In this document: positions 36,083 to 45,864 of the stretch, one piece after another
Numbering within the stretch: the first letter of the stretch is position 1
How the letters are laid out: each line of letters starts with the position of its first letter
NCBI GenBank assembly: GCA_016183535.1
Contig: JACPEK010000006.1
Coordinates: 38,015 to 102,014, forward strand
Length of the DNA stretch: 64,000 nucleotides
From: Candidatus Brennerbacteria bacterium
GTDB lineage: Bacteria > Patescibacteriota > Minisyncoccia > UBA6257 > GWB1-50-10
Direction of reading: 5' to 3'
Program-made: the position numbers and the translations under genes
Notes under the pieces: model-generated
Database searches by the model: none
The model's input: only the letters and a program-made list of their open reading frames with translations
What the model was told of the DNA's origin: nothing

Positions 36083-36373
36083 ACGGCTCCCTCCTTTTTG
36101 GTTTGAAAATTCCTGCCCCCGACAGGTACCGCGGGAAAAGATAACACGCGGCGCCGGAAATGGCAATTTTTATTTCCCTCTTTGCTAAAATGGCGGAAGC
36201 CCGACAAAATGTCGGGCTTCCACTCGCGGCGCGGAGACGCCTCACTCACCCCCACGCGAAAGGGCACCGTTTCCGATGCTCTTCGTTTTCTATTGTATCA
36301 AATCGGCTCCTCCCCGCCACTCGACACTTATCCACAAGAAAATTTCTCCTCGATCAGGCTACCCGCCTGAAAA

Positions 36374-37897
36374 TTAGCGGCACGTTTGAACAGTTGTATT
36401 GACTCCATATCTTCCGATAAGACCAACATTGCAATCAACGTCGCCATTATAAAATCTCCATCCCGTAGGGGCAACCACAAGAGGTCCTGGAAACGAATTT
36501 CCGCACGCCACGGCATTTGCGTCAAACGTACCGCCGATATTTTCCGACGGGCAATAGAGGAAACCGACGTTTGGCGAGCACGACCCGCCATCACTTTGTT
36601 TTCCGGTAGTGCCGAATGGAGTAGTTGAAAGACTTGCCGTGCAATAATAGTTGGTCGCGGTTTCGGATTTTGTGGCAACGCTGTCACAGTTATAATCGAA
36701 ACTTCCGTCGCCGCGGTTCGTGCTGTAATAGGCGGTCTGCCCGGGTTTCGCGTTCGCGTTCGAATCGTAGCAATCGTTCGTGTTAATGATGCTCCCCTGC
36801 GCAATCTGGTTATAACTGCCGCTTGAGTTCTTGTAGTAGGTGCGGCCGCTCACCGTGGTCACACTCCCCACGCACGCACTCGCCGCGCCAGACATCGAAT
36901 AGCCGTCCTGATCGCCGTCGGTCGCGACCGACTGATTTTGGTAGATATTGGCGTTTGCGTCGCTACAATCCCCGCCTGTCGTCACATAAGGCGAACCCGC
37001 GCCGACCGACACGCACGCAATCGTCGCGCTTCCATACCCGTCACCGTCGTTGTCTACATACCGGTCAGCGGCCACGCTCGCATTCGTATCATTGCAGTCG
37101 TACACGTTCCCGATCGCAGTGAAAGTGAGACGCTGACTCCAGGTAAGCAGATAGTTTCCGCCTTTTATTCGGTAATAAGTTCTCCCGCCCGCATACGAGG
37201 GAGCGCCGACACACACCGATCCCACAGGGGAAGCACTTGGCGTATAGGTGTAACCGTCCTGATCCTCGTCCCAATCCCATTCGACTGGTACGTTTTGATA
37301 GACCGAGGAGGAAGTATCGTCGCAATCGGTTCCGGACGAAGAAGCGGAATATCCCGAGGGGAGCGAGGAGCCGGAACACACGGACTGGGCCGATCCCGTG
37401 GTGTACGCGTCACCGTCCCCGTCGGGGTAGCCAGTAAGGTACTGCCACGTCGAAGCGCTCGAGTCATTACAGTCGCCCGCCTCGCTCCGGGTGCTCCTCC
37501 TCTGATAGGAGCTTGGCTGGGCATCCTGTGCCAGCATGTCGGTGCTATTTAGCGAGTACCCATCGTTATCCGCGTCTTTAATCCAAAGATTTGTCTGCTT
37601 GAGCTGGGCACCGCTCGCGGAAAGCGCGATCGTGCCGTTCACCGTGATGCTCTTTCCGGCATTCCATGCGATGGTCTGGTTCGCGTTTACGGTGAGCGTT
37701 ACGCCGGCGTTCACGGTGATGTTGCCGTTGTCCACACCATTCACCGAACCGGTAAACGCGCAGTTCGAGTTGACGATGTGATCCCCCCCAAGCGAGGGAG
37801 AACAATTCGCGAAGGCGCGCGGCGCAACGGAAAACCCCGCAAGCAAGATTGCTCCAAATATCCAAAATCTTAATGACGAATTAAAAACTGTAGACAT
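36374..37897 (-). CDS. secreted Cys-rich repeat protein with about 5 MopE-like putative metal-binding repeats (DC[ND]D...DxDGDGY...C)
   Basis: Signal peptide present. Repeats include GDCNDSSAS...PDGDGDAY..C, TDCDDTSSS...DEDQDGYTY..C, YDCNDTNAS...DNDGDGYGS..C and GDCSDANAN...DGDQDGYSM..C. Confidence 0.55.
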   Translation of the reverse strand: MSTVFNSSLRFWIFGAILLAGFSVAPRAFANCSPSLGGDHIVNSNCAFTGSVNGVDNGNITVNAGVTLTVNANQTIAWNAGKSITVNGTIALSASGAQLKQTNLWIKDADNDGYSLNSTDMLAQDAQPSSYQRRSTRSEAGDCNDSSASTWQYLTGYPDGDGDAYTTGSAQSVCSGSSLPSGYSASSSGTDCDDTSSSVYQNVPVEWDWDEDQDGYTYTPSASPVGSVCVGAPSYAGGRTYYRIKGGNYLLTWSQRLTFTAIGNVYDCNDTNASVAADRYVDNDGDGYGSATIACVSVGAGSPYVTTGGDCSDANANIYQNQSVATDGDQDGYSMSGAASACVGSVTTVSGRTYYKNSSGSYNQIAQGSIINTNDCYDSNANAKPGQTAYYSTNRGDGSFDYNCDSVATKSETATNYYCTASLSTTPFGTTGKQSDGGSCSPNVGFLYCPSENIGGTFDANAVACGNSFPGPLVVAPTGWRFYNGDVDCNVGLIGRYGVNTTVQTCR

Positions 37898-37899
37898 AA

Positions 37900-38388
37900 T
37901 TAAAATGCCGGCTGGAAACTAAGCACCACTCGCGACGCCTCGCCCCCGTCCGTTTTTTCAGCTGACGAACCTTTTGCCTCAATCGCAGCTTGATAAACCC
38001 TCTCCCGCGTGTCCGCGACCGTCCACGATCCCTCCCACACGCCGTCCGCGGCACTCCCCTCCTTCAAGGCGAGCGGAAATGGATGTTCACCCCCATCCAT
38101 AATCATGGTAACCTGCACCGATTCCACGAACCCCGCGTATCTCACCTTCACGCGCACACGCTGTTCCACTCCTTCCGCCACGCTCCCCAACGGATCAAAG
38201 CTCGCTTCGTAAATCTCGGGACCGGATTGATTACCACTCACGAAATAGGTATCGCGCTCCGGAAGCGGCGGAGCGGCGTTTCGTTCAGACAAAACCGGCG
38301 ACGTACCGCCGCGTCCGAAAAGAAAGATCGCCGCGCCGAGCGCAAGCGCGATAACGACCAAAATAATATTCTTCCGATCCACGTTCAT
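37900..38388 (-). CDS. small N-terminally anchored secreted protein, hypothetical
   Basis: One TM (IILVVIALALGAAIFLF), then about 130 aa of soluble sequence. Overlaps the neighbouring genes by 4 nt. Confidence 0.45.
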   Translation of the reverse strand: MNVDRKNIILVVIALALGAAIFLFGRGGTSPVLSERNAAPPLPERDTYFVSGNQSGPEIYEASFDPLGSVAEGVEQRVRVKVRYAGFVESVQVTMIMDGGEHPFPLALKEGSAADGVWEGSWTVADTRERVYQAAIEAKGSSAEKTDGGEASRVVLSFQPAF

Positions 38389-39542
38389 CGCTTCAAGAGC
38401 GTATCAAGGTTAAACCCTTCATGCGCGCCCGCCGCCGCGTTCGTCCACTCGCGCCAATCGAAGCGCGGGGCGGTCAGGCGGTAGCTCACTTCCAGCGAGC
38501 AATTTTCAATTTTCAATTTACAATTTTCAAAAAGAGAGGCGTAGATGGCGATGGTTTTGTTTTTATAATCTTTCTCATACCACGTCTTGCCGTCGAAGTT
38601 CGGCGTAAGAAGCACGGCAAGATTTGCAAATCCTTCTCCTTCAAGATTCGCCGCTTTCGCAAAAAGCCACAAGTCGGAACCCTCTTCGGCGGTTTTGAAA
38701 TCAAGAACGGCGGTTGGTAGTTGGTCGTTGGTCGTTGGTAGTTTAATAACGCCGGTGGTTTCTTCCTTCACCCCCGTCATGCCGGACACATAGGTGGCGT
38801 AGCGCTCTCCGCCGATCGTGTAAACCGGGTCAATCGTGCCCGCGTCGATTTTCCCCGACCCGCCGCCGAAGACCGCAACCAAGCTCGTCGTCGTGTTCCC
38901 CACGGACAAGAGGGCGGTTGGCGTCGAGGTTGCGATCCCGATCCTCCCCGTCGACGTGGCGATGGTGAGATAATCCGTCGAGCCGCTCCGCCGGATCACG
39001 AAGTTATTGACGTCGTTCGGGCCGTAGAACCATTGCTCGGTGCCGGAGGTGTCCTTCACGACGAGACCGCGATAATTTGTTGAGAGTCCCGAGAGGGTAA
39101 CAAGAGGGCCGGATGATCCGTCATACACATGGAACCGCGTGGCGGGACTCGCGGTGCCGACGCCGGCGCGCGCGTTCGTCGCGTCCACAAAGAGCACCGT
39201 GTTGGTGTTCCCCGATTCCTGAAACGTGTAGTTGCCCTTCCCCGCGATGGAGCCGAACACGCCCGCGGACACCTGGCCCGCCGAAACCGATGAGGCGCCC
39301 GCGCTCGTCTGGGAGGTGCCGTCCCCGAACTTCAGCGTACTATCCACATAGAGCACCCCCGCCGCCTGCGGCGTCGTGGTGCCGACCGAAAGACCGCCTA
39401 AAACGGTGGTGGTCGAGGCGTTCTGGATGCGGTAGGTGCCGCCGAAATCAAAATCGTTCTGCACACTGATCGCGTATACGAAAGACGCGAGTCCGAGGAA
39501 GAGTACAAGTGCGGCCGCGGCGAGATAGATTTTCGAGGTCAT
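38385..39542 (-). CDS. surface repeat protein, paralog of 42505..45450 (shared [RN]xG[IV][GA]T[ST]xP repeats and a conserved C-terminal domain ending RFDWREW)
   Basis: ORF trimmed to MTSKIYLAAAALVLF. The C-terminal roughly 130 aa, IDPVYTIGGERYATYVSG...YRLTAPRFDWREWT, aligns with the C-terminus of the 981-aa protein. Confidence 0.55.
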   Translation of the reverse strand: MTSKIYLAAAALVLFLGLASFVYAISVQNDFDFGGTYRIQNASTTTVLGGLSVGTTTPQAAGVLYVDSTLKFGDGTSQTSAGASSVSAGQVSAGVFGSIAGKGNYTFQESGNTNTVLFVDATNARAGVGTASPATRFHVYDGSSGPLVTLSGLSTNYRGLVVKDTSGTEQWFYGPNDVNNFVIRRSGSTDYLTIATSTGRIGIATSTPTALLSVGNTTTSLVAVFGGGSGKIDAGTIDPVYTIGGERYATYVSGMTGVKEETTGVIKLPTTNDQLPTAVLDFKTAEEGSDLWLFAKAANLEGEGFANLAVLLTPNFDGKTWYEKDYKNKTIAIYASLFENCKLKIENCSLEVSYRLTAPRFDWREWTNAAAGAHEGFNLDTLLKR

Positions 39543-39592
39543 AGGTTGCTTGGTGGTATTATACCATTCCCTTCTTTCCTTCTTTTTTATTT

Positions 39593-40210
39593 TTACCGAT
39601 TCACCACGAGCTTGCCGGCATCGCCCTTGCCGCATCCCTCAACACATTCAAACGCATACTCGCCGTAGGGATACGCCTGGAACTGGAAAACCGCCGTTTC
39701 ACCGCGCTTGACGCTTCGGTAGACGCCGAAGTCGGGAAAGCGGATCGCGTAGTCGCGGTCGGCCGCGGTAAAGGAAAAATCCACCACGTCGAGCTCGTTC
39801 ACCGCAACTAAGGACGGCGAGAGGTTGCCATCTTCACCGCGGAATGCGAACTTCCGAAGCATGACGTCTCCCACCTTCTGCACGGCGAACGGCACCGCGA
39901 TTTCGGAAGGTGCGGCGACTCTCGCCGTGGCATTCACGTCGGTAACAAACGCCGAGGTTTTGATCTTCTCCCGCGTGCCGCCCTCCACCGTCTTTAAGGC
40001 GTTCGCGTTGCCCGGGCGGAACACATCCTCGCCGCGCGCTTCGCCCGTCGGGCCGAATTCGCCCCTCCGCGGCCCGCTCGTGTTGTAGAAAGAAATTGCG
40101 ATGGCCGCGAGCGCCACCACGGCCGCAACGCCGCCCACCCATTTTATCTTGCCGCCCCGTTTTTCCGACGCGGGCGTTTCTTGCTCCATCACTCCGTCCA
40201 TGGTTGTCAT
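39593..40210 (-). CDS. membrane-anchored cupredoxin-like domain protein (paralog 1 of 3)
   Basis: N-terminal TM plus C-terminal GEYAFECVEGCGKGDAGKLVV, which fits the cupredoxin_1 / EfeO-N-like G-Y-F-C...G-h-V pattern. Confidence 0.5.
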   Translation of the reverse strand: MTTMDGVMEQETPASEKRGGKIKWVGGVAAVVALAAIAISFYNTSGPRRGEFGPTGEARGEDVFRPGNANALKTVEGGTREKIKTSAFVTDVNATARVAAPSEIAVPFAVQKVGDVMLRKFAFRGEDGNLSPSLVAVNELDVVDFSFTAADRDYAIRFPDFGVYRSVKRGETAVFQFQAYPYGEYAFECVEGCGKGDAGKLVVNR

Positions 40211-40232
40211 TGTACCACACCGCGCATACCGA

Positions 40233-41750
40233 TTATTGGGGTTTCACCTTCATTTGGATGTTGATGCGATCGAGGAACGGCGAATACCCGTCGGGACCCG
40301 CGGGATCGATTCGCGCCTTCCAGAAAAGCTTGACGCCCGCGGGATCCCGAAACTCGACTTCGCGCCCAACCTCGGCGCGCACCCACGCCGCGCCGTCGTT
40401 TGAAAGATAAAGCTCAACCACGCCGCCTTCTCGCGCCGCTTCAAACTCCGCAATAGTCGCGCGGCGCACCTCCGCGTCATAAGTGTTCAGGTTCTTCGAG
40501 ACAATCTCGCGCGGCGCGTCTTTTGAAAACCCGAGATCGCGGAATTCTTTCCATTCGGTTTCCCCGCCTGCGGTCGCAATCTTGAGGACAAGTCGCCCGC
40601 CCCCTTCCTGCCCGAGCGAGCCGCGGCGCGCACCCACGGGGAACGCCGCGCGGGTGAGGTCGAGCGCACCGGAAACATTGCCGGTGCCGTTCTCAAAAAG
40701 TTTTATAAGCTTCGGCTTGCCGTCTGTGAGACTCCATACATACCATCCGCTCTTCGCCCGCAACACGACCGGCTGAAAACCGCCCTCCATGGCGCGGATG
40801 CCGAAAAATCGAGAAACATTCTCCGCGCCGCTTCCGCGAATATGGTATGCGGTGCCTTCATAGCTCCCGTAGATTGCGATCCAGTCATTGTCGGTGCCGC
40901 CAAAACCGAGCGTGCCTCGGTAGGGAGACTGGAAGGGCGCACTCATGGGATCGAGCGCGTCCTCGAATTTCGCGCCGTCGAACGTAAACACCCTCCCCTC
41001 GTATGCGCCGTTTTTTTCGATCACTACGCCGACGAGCCACACCGTCTCGAGACCGCCGATCGAAACGGAGGATATTTTTTCTCCTGCGACCGCGGCGGGA
41101 AGCGGCGCGCGGTACCGTTCCTCCGCATAGGCGCTCCGCGCCGAGAACGGAGTGAAGGAGAGAGTGTTGCCTCGCTCGACGAGACAGTCGTTCCACAAGC
41201 ACACCGCGTCGCTCCCGTCCGCGCCGCGCTCGCGAAGCTCCGCGGCGGGGGGTACGGCGTTCTCGAGCGCGAAGCGCGGCGGGAAAGTGAACGCCGTCAC
41301 CGCCTCGTCGTGCGCAAGTGTTGTTTTCCCTTCATCGAGCCATGCAAAACTTGAGAAAAGATCGGAGAAGCTCGAGACGGTGAGCGCCTCGGGCGCGGTC
41401 GGCGGTGCGGATGAACCCTCTCCCCCGCCGCCTCCCACCACGCGGTAGAGCCGCTGGGGCAAACTCTCCCCCTCCGCCTCGAGCGCCTCAACGGTGCGGC
41501 GAATCGCTTCGGACGGCGCGGCCTCCCGCGACGAGCGAAGCGTTTCGACAAGCGAAGTTTTGATACTGCGCTCGAGGTACCAACGAAGCGCTTCGAGACT
41601 CGCGAGAAAAAGCGTCAGTCCCGCCGCGACGGCAACGAGCGTGATGAGCGCCACGACCGCGCGGGGAAGCCGCTCCCGCGCGCGCCGCGCCAGGCGAAAT
41701 ACGCGCTTGAGCATGCGGAACGAAAAAAATCTATACAATAAACTTTTCAT
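40233..41750 (-). CDS. membrane-anchored hypothetical protein (505 aa)
   Basis: One N-terminal TM (AVVALITLVAVAAGLTLFLA), then a large extracytoplasmic domain. Confidence 0.45.
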   Translation of the reverse strand: MKSLLYRFFSFRMLKRVFRLARRARERLPRAVVALITLVAVAAGLTLFLASLEALRWYLERSIKTSLVETLRSSREAAPSEAIRRTVEALEAEGESLPQRLYRVVGGGGGEGSSAPPTAPEALTVSSFSDLFSSFAWLDEGKTTLAHDEAVTAFTFPPRFALENAVPPAAELRERGADGSDAVCLWNDCLVERGNTLSFTPFSARSAYAEERYRAPLPAAVAGEKISSVSIGGLETVWLVGVVIEKNGAYEGRVFTFDGAKFEDALDPMSAPFQSPYRGTLGFGGTDNDWIAIYGSYEGTAYHIRGSGAENVSRFFGIRAMEGGFQPVVLRAKSGWYVWSLTDGKPKLIKLFENGTGNVSGALDLTRAAFPVGARRGSLGQEGGGRLVLKIATAGGETEWKEFRDLGFSKDAPREIVSKNLNTYDAEVRRATIAEFEAAREGGVVELYLSNDGAAWVRAEVGREVEFRDPAGVKLFWKARIDPAGPDGYSPFLDRINIQMKVKPQ

Positions 41751-41867
41751 TTATGACTTCAGTTCTCCATATGACATATGAGTCCTAGAGAACTTATCGG
41801 TCTTATTATAGAGAAACCCGCGGCGCGGCGCGGGTTTTTTTCGCGGTCTTCCATGACTTATTTAGTC

Positions 41868-42452
41868 TTACTCCACGATCATCGTCCCCGTTTCGCCGCG
41901 GGTCGCGTGGCCGGGTACGTTGCAGTAAAATTGGTATTCGCCGCGCGCCGAAGGCGCGTTGAAGGCGGTTACGCGGGTTTCCCCGGGCGCCAAGCCGACC
42001 GCCACCGCCGAAAGCGAAGAGTCTTCAAACGCGAAGACGTGCGTCTGGTTGTCCGTCGCGGTAAGGGTGAGCGTCACCACCTCGCCCCGCTTCACGCGGA
42101 ACGTCGAAGGCGCGATGCCCTCCGCGGACATCGAAATCTTGATCGAGTTGGTGGGCGCGTCGCGGAGCGCAATGGGGTCCGACTGCTGGGGTGCGTCGGG
42201 CGAACCCGGCGTTACGTCGAGCTTCACCGGCGCGCCGGTATTCTTGTTGACGACCTGCCCCTCCTTGGACACCGGACTCAAACCCGGCGCGGCAACAATG
42301 CCCTGCGACGTCGCGGTCGCGAGCGGCCCGGTTTCTTCCGCTGTCCGAACCCCCGAAGGAATTTTTATCGCGCCGCTGATCGCGAGGTAGATGATGACGA
42401 TACCTACAATCGCGCCGCCCACGATCCACCACGCCAATTTATTTCCGTTCAT
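41868..42452 (-). CDS. membrane-anchored cupredoxin-like domain protein (paralog 2 of 3)
   Basis: TM plus GEYQFYCNVPGHATRGETGTMIVE. Confidence 0.5.
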   Translation of the reverse strand: MNGNKLAWWIVGGAIVGIVIIYLAISGAIKIPSGVRTAEETGPLATATSQGIVAAPGLSPVSKEGQVVNKNTGAPVKLDVTPGSPDAPQQSDPIALRDAPTNSIKISMSAEGIAPSTFRVKRGEVVTLTLTATDNQTHVFAFEDSSLSAVAVGLAPGETRVTAFNAPSARGEYQFYCNVPGHATRGETGTMIVE

Positions 42453-42504
42453 GATGTTATTATAGCAAACCGATCTTGCGCCCTTTAGATGATTGGTCTT
42501 TTGT

Positions 42505-45450
42505 TTATTTGATGATGAGCGAAGGCCGCTCCGTTTGATCGGGCGCCAACGTCGGCCACTCTCGCCAGTCGAAGCGATTGCCGACGAGGCGATAGCTGAA
42601 CTCGATAGAATCAGTGGTTGGTGGTTGGTGGTTGGTGGTTGGTTGGGAACGGAAGATTATTTTGTTTCCGGAAATTTCGTAGGCGATGGAAACGGGGACG
42701 CCGTAGGGAGTGGCAAGCACTTGAACGGTGTCGCGGCTGAAGTCAACGGTCTTCCGCCACACCCACAAATCTGAACCGCTTTTTATCTTGTCGAAGTCGA
42801 TGACATACTCGTAGGTCGGTTCGGTAAACTCGAAACCTTTTGAATTTTGAGATTTCGGATTTGTTTCGGATTTCGGATTTCGGATTTCGGATTTGCGGAC
42901 GAGCGTAGCGCGGCCGACATATTCTTCCTTCACCCCTCCCGCGATGGCAGAAGCGTAGGTCGCGTATTTTTTCCCTCCGATCTCATAGAGCGGGTCGATG
43001 GTGGTGACCGTAAGCTTGTTCACGCCGGTGATGTTTTTCGAGTTCGCGTTGAGGTTGGTAACAAGCGCGCCGCCGAAGGAGAGGTTGCCATTCAAGGTGG
43101 AGGTGCCGGAGACGGTGAGCGTGGTGAAGCTCCCCGCGCCGCCGCCGCCCGTCACCGCGGAGTCCACGTAATCCTTCGTCGCCGCATGGGAAGCTTGTGT
43201 CGGCGTCCCCACGATCACCGGCTGGGAGAAGTAGCCGGTACCCGCGACGGTCAGGGCGTAGCCCGGCGTGGTCGAGGCGATACCGAAATTGTTGCCGGTG
43301 TTGAGGTAGCTCGCGCCGTTCGTGTCGAAGGTGATTTCGACACCTCCGTTCTCGAAAAGTTGGAAGTAGCCCGGGTCGCTCCCTCCCGCTTCTGCGAATT
43401 TTGCATACACATTCCCTTGATTTCCTGTAAGTTGAAGGTCGGGGTTGCCGCCGCCATTTTTGATATACACTCCTCCGGTCGGGGTCGCGCCTCCTTGAAT
43501 TTCGAGTTTGTACCCCGGACTCGCCGTCCCGATGCCGACCGAATCGCCGGAGGTCGTGAGAGAGACGTTCGCGCCGCTGTCGGTCCAACCGCTCCCGCTC
43601 GTTACCGTGGAGTCCACATAACTTTTCGTCGCGGCGTGGGAATTCGCGGTCGGGGTGCCGACAATCACCGGCTGGGAGAAGTAGCCGGCACCGACGGTCG
43701 TTAAAACATAGCCGGGAGACGAAGACGCGATGCCGATGTTGCCGGTCGCATTGATATGAAATCTCACGTCCGTGGTATTGCCGGTCGCAATCGAAAACAA
43801 GTCCTGTGATTTGATTACCAAGTCGTTCGGCCCACCGCCACCCTGCAAACCGATATCGTCATTTGCGGCAATCTGTCCCGCCAGTGTCGTATCCGCTCCG
43901 TCGTAGATATCAATCCGGTTGCCGAAGCGGGTCGCGCCTTTCACGTGGAGTTTCTGTTGGGGGTTCGTCGTTCCGATGCCGACGTTCCAACTTGTGGAAG
44001 ACGCGTAGAGATTTGAGCCGGAAAGCAACCACACGCCGCTCGAGCCGGAAGCGACGGAGTCCACATACGACTTCGTCGCCGCGCTCGTGCCTGTCGTCGG
44101 TGTGGGAACGGTAAGCTGACCCGTAAATCTCCCCGTGCCCACCACGTCGAGCGTATAGGCGGGAGTGGTGGTGGCGATCCCGACGTTGCCCGAGCTATCC
44201 ATCACCAAACTGTTCGCCGTTCCGGCGGTATTGATAGTAAATTTGTCGGCGCTGTGGCTATAGATAATCCTCCCGCGATACGCCTGATCGCCGGTCGTCC
44301 CGTCGGCGAAAAGTATGGAGCCGTCGCCCGCGCTGTAGATGGTAAGTCCTTGCGAACCGGCGCCGGAGCCCACTACGAGCTGATTCGCCGATGAGTCGAG
44401 TGAGGACGCGGGCGCGGTACCTACGGAAACCAAGCCGTTCACCTGCAAAGCGCTTGCGGGAGTGGTGGTCCCGATACCGACGTTGCCGGCTCCCGTAAGA
44501 GTCATGACTGTCTTTCCCCCAATAGTACTTGCGGCATCTCCCTGTTTCCACAAAGAGAAAATTATTTTGTTTCCGCCCGCAACCCCAGAATCATGTTCTG
44601 TGGTTATCATATGGGCATAATCGGTAGTGCCGTTATATCCGAAAACAATCTGCCGACCTCCCTGACTGCCGGTATTATCCATTCCCGACCTCAAAATAAG
44701 CGCATTAGTTGAGATTGTTGAAACAACATCAAGCTTTCCACTCGGACTCGTCGTCCCGATACCGACGTTGCCTTTGACATACAAACCCTCGGTGGGAAGC
44801 CCGCCCGTCGTCGTGGTCCCCACCGCGAGCGAAGCGGGAAACGCGAAATTCCCGTTTCCCTGCAAGCTCCCGAAGACGCCGGACGAGACATTCGCCGCGG
44901 AAAGCCCGCCCGAGAGCGTACCCACAAAAGCGCCGGTTGTCTGCACATTCCCTCCGACGAAAAGACGCGCGACGCCGCCCGTCGAGGTCGCTTTCTGCCC
45001 GATCGCCACATCACCGTACTGGTTCACGTCGAGCACCACATAGCCCGGAAGCGTGGCCGACTCGCGGTAGAGCTGGAGGTTGCCGAAGTTTCGCGACGAC
45101 CACACATAGGTGTTCCCCGACGTGAGGTTTTTGAGAGAAAGTCCGGGGTTCGTGGTCGAGGCCACCGTGAACACATACCCGAAGGTGGAGGGCCCGCTCT
45201 CGGTCGAGGTCGAGTTGAAAGTCGAAACCGGCGTCGAGGACGAGGCGCCGAAACCGATGTTCCGGTTCGCGTCCACCTGGAAGAGCCCGCCGCCCGAGCC
45301 GGGGGTTTGACCCGCAGACGGCCCGATAAAAGCGAATGCTATAGGCGCAACCGATATTTCAAATATCAAACACCACAAGAAAAACAGCCCAGTTTTTGAA
45401 AAGGAAAGATAGTTTTTAATTTTTAATTTTTGAATTTTATAAATAAACAC
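42505..45450 (-). CDS. large secreted fibre/adhesin-like repeat protein (981 aa) with at least 7 NVGIGTTxP...L[DE]V.G repeats, a conserved C-terminal domain, and two in-frame heptanucleotide repeat tracts
   Basis: Signal peptide present. Repeats include NVGIGTTSPSGKLDV, NVGIGTTTPASALQV, NVGIATTTPAYTLDVVG, NVGIGTTNPQQKLHVKG, NIGIASSSPGYVLTTVG and SVGIGTASPGYKLEIQG. The C-terminus ...IDPLYEIGGKKYATYASA...YRLVGNRFDWREWPT is shared with the 416-aa paralog. Confidence 0.6.
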   Translation of the reverse strand: MFIYKIQKLKIKNYLSFSKTGLFFLWCLIFEISVAPIAFAFIGPSAGQTPGSGGGLFQVDANRNIGFGASSSTPVSTFNSTSTESGPSTFGYVFTVASTTNPGLSLKNLTSGNTYVWSSRNFGNLQLYRESATLPGYVVLDVNQYGDVAIGQKATSTGGVARLFVGGNVQTTGAFVGTLSGGLSAANVSSGVFGSLQGNGNFAFPASLAVGTTTTGGLPTEGLYVKGNVGIGTTSPSGKLDVVSTISTNALILRSGMDNTGSQGGRQIVFGYNGTTDYAHMITTEHDSGVAGGNKIIFSLWKQGDAASTIGGKTVMTLTGAGNVGIGTTTPASALQVNGLVSVGTAPASSLDSSANQLVVGSGAGSQGLTIYSAGDGSILFADGTTGDQAYRGRIIYSHSADKFTINTAGTANSLVMDSSGNVGIATTTPAYTLDVVGTGRFTGQLTVPTPTTGTSAATKSYVDSVASGSSGVWLLSGSNLYASSTSWNVGIGTTNPQQKLHVKGATRFGNRIDIYDGADTTLAGQIAANDDIGLQGGGGPNDLVIKSQDLFSIATGNTTDVRFHINATGNIGIASSSPGYVLTTVGAGYFSQPVIVGTPTANSHAATKSYVDSTVTSGSGWTDSGANVSLTTSGDSVGIGTASPGYKLEIQGGATPTGGVYIKNGGGNPDLQLTGNQGNVYAKFAEAGGSDPGYFQLFENGGVEITFDTNGASYLNTGNNFGIASTTPGYALTVAGTGYFSQPVIVGTPTQASHAATKDYVDSAVTGGGGAGSFTTLTVSGTSTLNGNLSFGGALVTNLNANSKNITGVNKLTVTTIDPLYEIGGKKYATYASAIAGGVKEEYVGRATLVRKSEIRNPKSETNPKSQNSKGFEFTEPTYEYVIDFDKIKSGSDLWVWRKTVDFSRDTVQVLATPYGVPVSIAYEISGNKIIFRSQPTTNHQPPTTDSIEFSYRLVGNRFDWREWPTLAPDQTERPSLIIK
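42615..42642. repeat. (TGGTTGG)x4 perfect heptanucleotide tandem repeat inside the coding sequence (encodes QPTTNHQPPTT)
   Basis: Read directly from the sequence; an imperfect homolog lies at 38713..38740 in the paralog. Confidence 0.9.
42864..42891. repeat. (TTTCGGA)x4 heptanucleotide tandem repeat, plus degenerate flanking copies, inside the coding sequence (encodes KSEIRNPKSETNPKS)
   Basis: Read directly from the sequence. Confidence 0.9.
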
Positions 45451-45853
45451 TTAGAATTTTTAAACACTGCAGTTTTTGGAAATTTTAGCGAAGATTAACG
45501 TCAATTCGTGCGCTTCTTTCCAAAGATTTTTGCATTCTTCCTTTCTAACCTGATTAGCCGCCGCAATCATACGGAGCCAGTGTTTCGTTTCATTCGATTC
45601 TTTTTGTGAAATTCTTATTTTATTCCTAAAATCTTTCTTTGAGCTCGCCTGATTCGCTTCCATATAGTTAGCCCCGATGCTCGTAGCGGATCTCACGACT
45701 TGATCTATAAGCGACCTGTTTATGGAATTGCCGGGTAATTCTTTTGCGAAGTTTATCACATTCTCCCCAAATCTAGCCGATCTTTCCTCCAGGTCGTAAT
45801 TCATCAGGTTTAGAAATTAAAACATTAAAATTTATTTATAAAATTCAAAAATT
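45425..45853. mobile_element. AT-rich island bounded by a 23-bp perfect inverted repeat (aatttttgaattttataaataaa) carrying a four-helix-bundle protein gene
   Basis: Left arm 45425-45447, right arm 45831-45853 (reverse complement). The cargo ORF is 45460..45804. Confidence 0.5.
45460..45804 (-). CDS. four-helix-bundle protein (TIGR02436 / 23S rRNA intervening-sequence protein family; Avd homolog)
   Basis: ERSARFGENVINFAKELP...IDQVVRSATSIGANYMEANQASSKKDFRNKIRISQKESNETKHWLRM follows the family pattern. The gene is AT-rich. Confidence 0.7.
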   Translation of the reverse strand: MNYDLEERSARFGENVINFAKELPGNSINRSLIDQVVRSATSIGANYMEANQASSKKDFRNKIRISQKESNETKHWLRMIAAANQVRKEECKNLWKEAHELTLIFAKISKNCSV

Positions 45854-45864
45854 GGAAATTCACT

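Noticed and set aside
42864-42891. CRISPR array (tandem repeats here and at 49310-49470)
   Set aside because: Repeat units are 7-12 nt with no spacers of 25-40 nt. They are in-frame coding or AT-rich intergenic dyads, not CRISPR.
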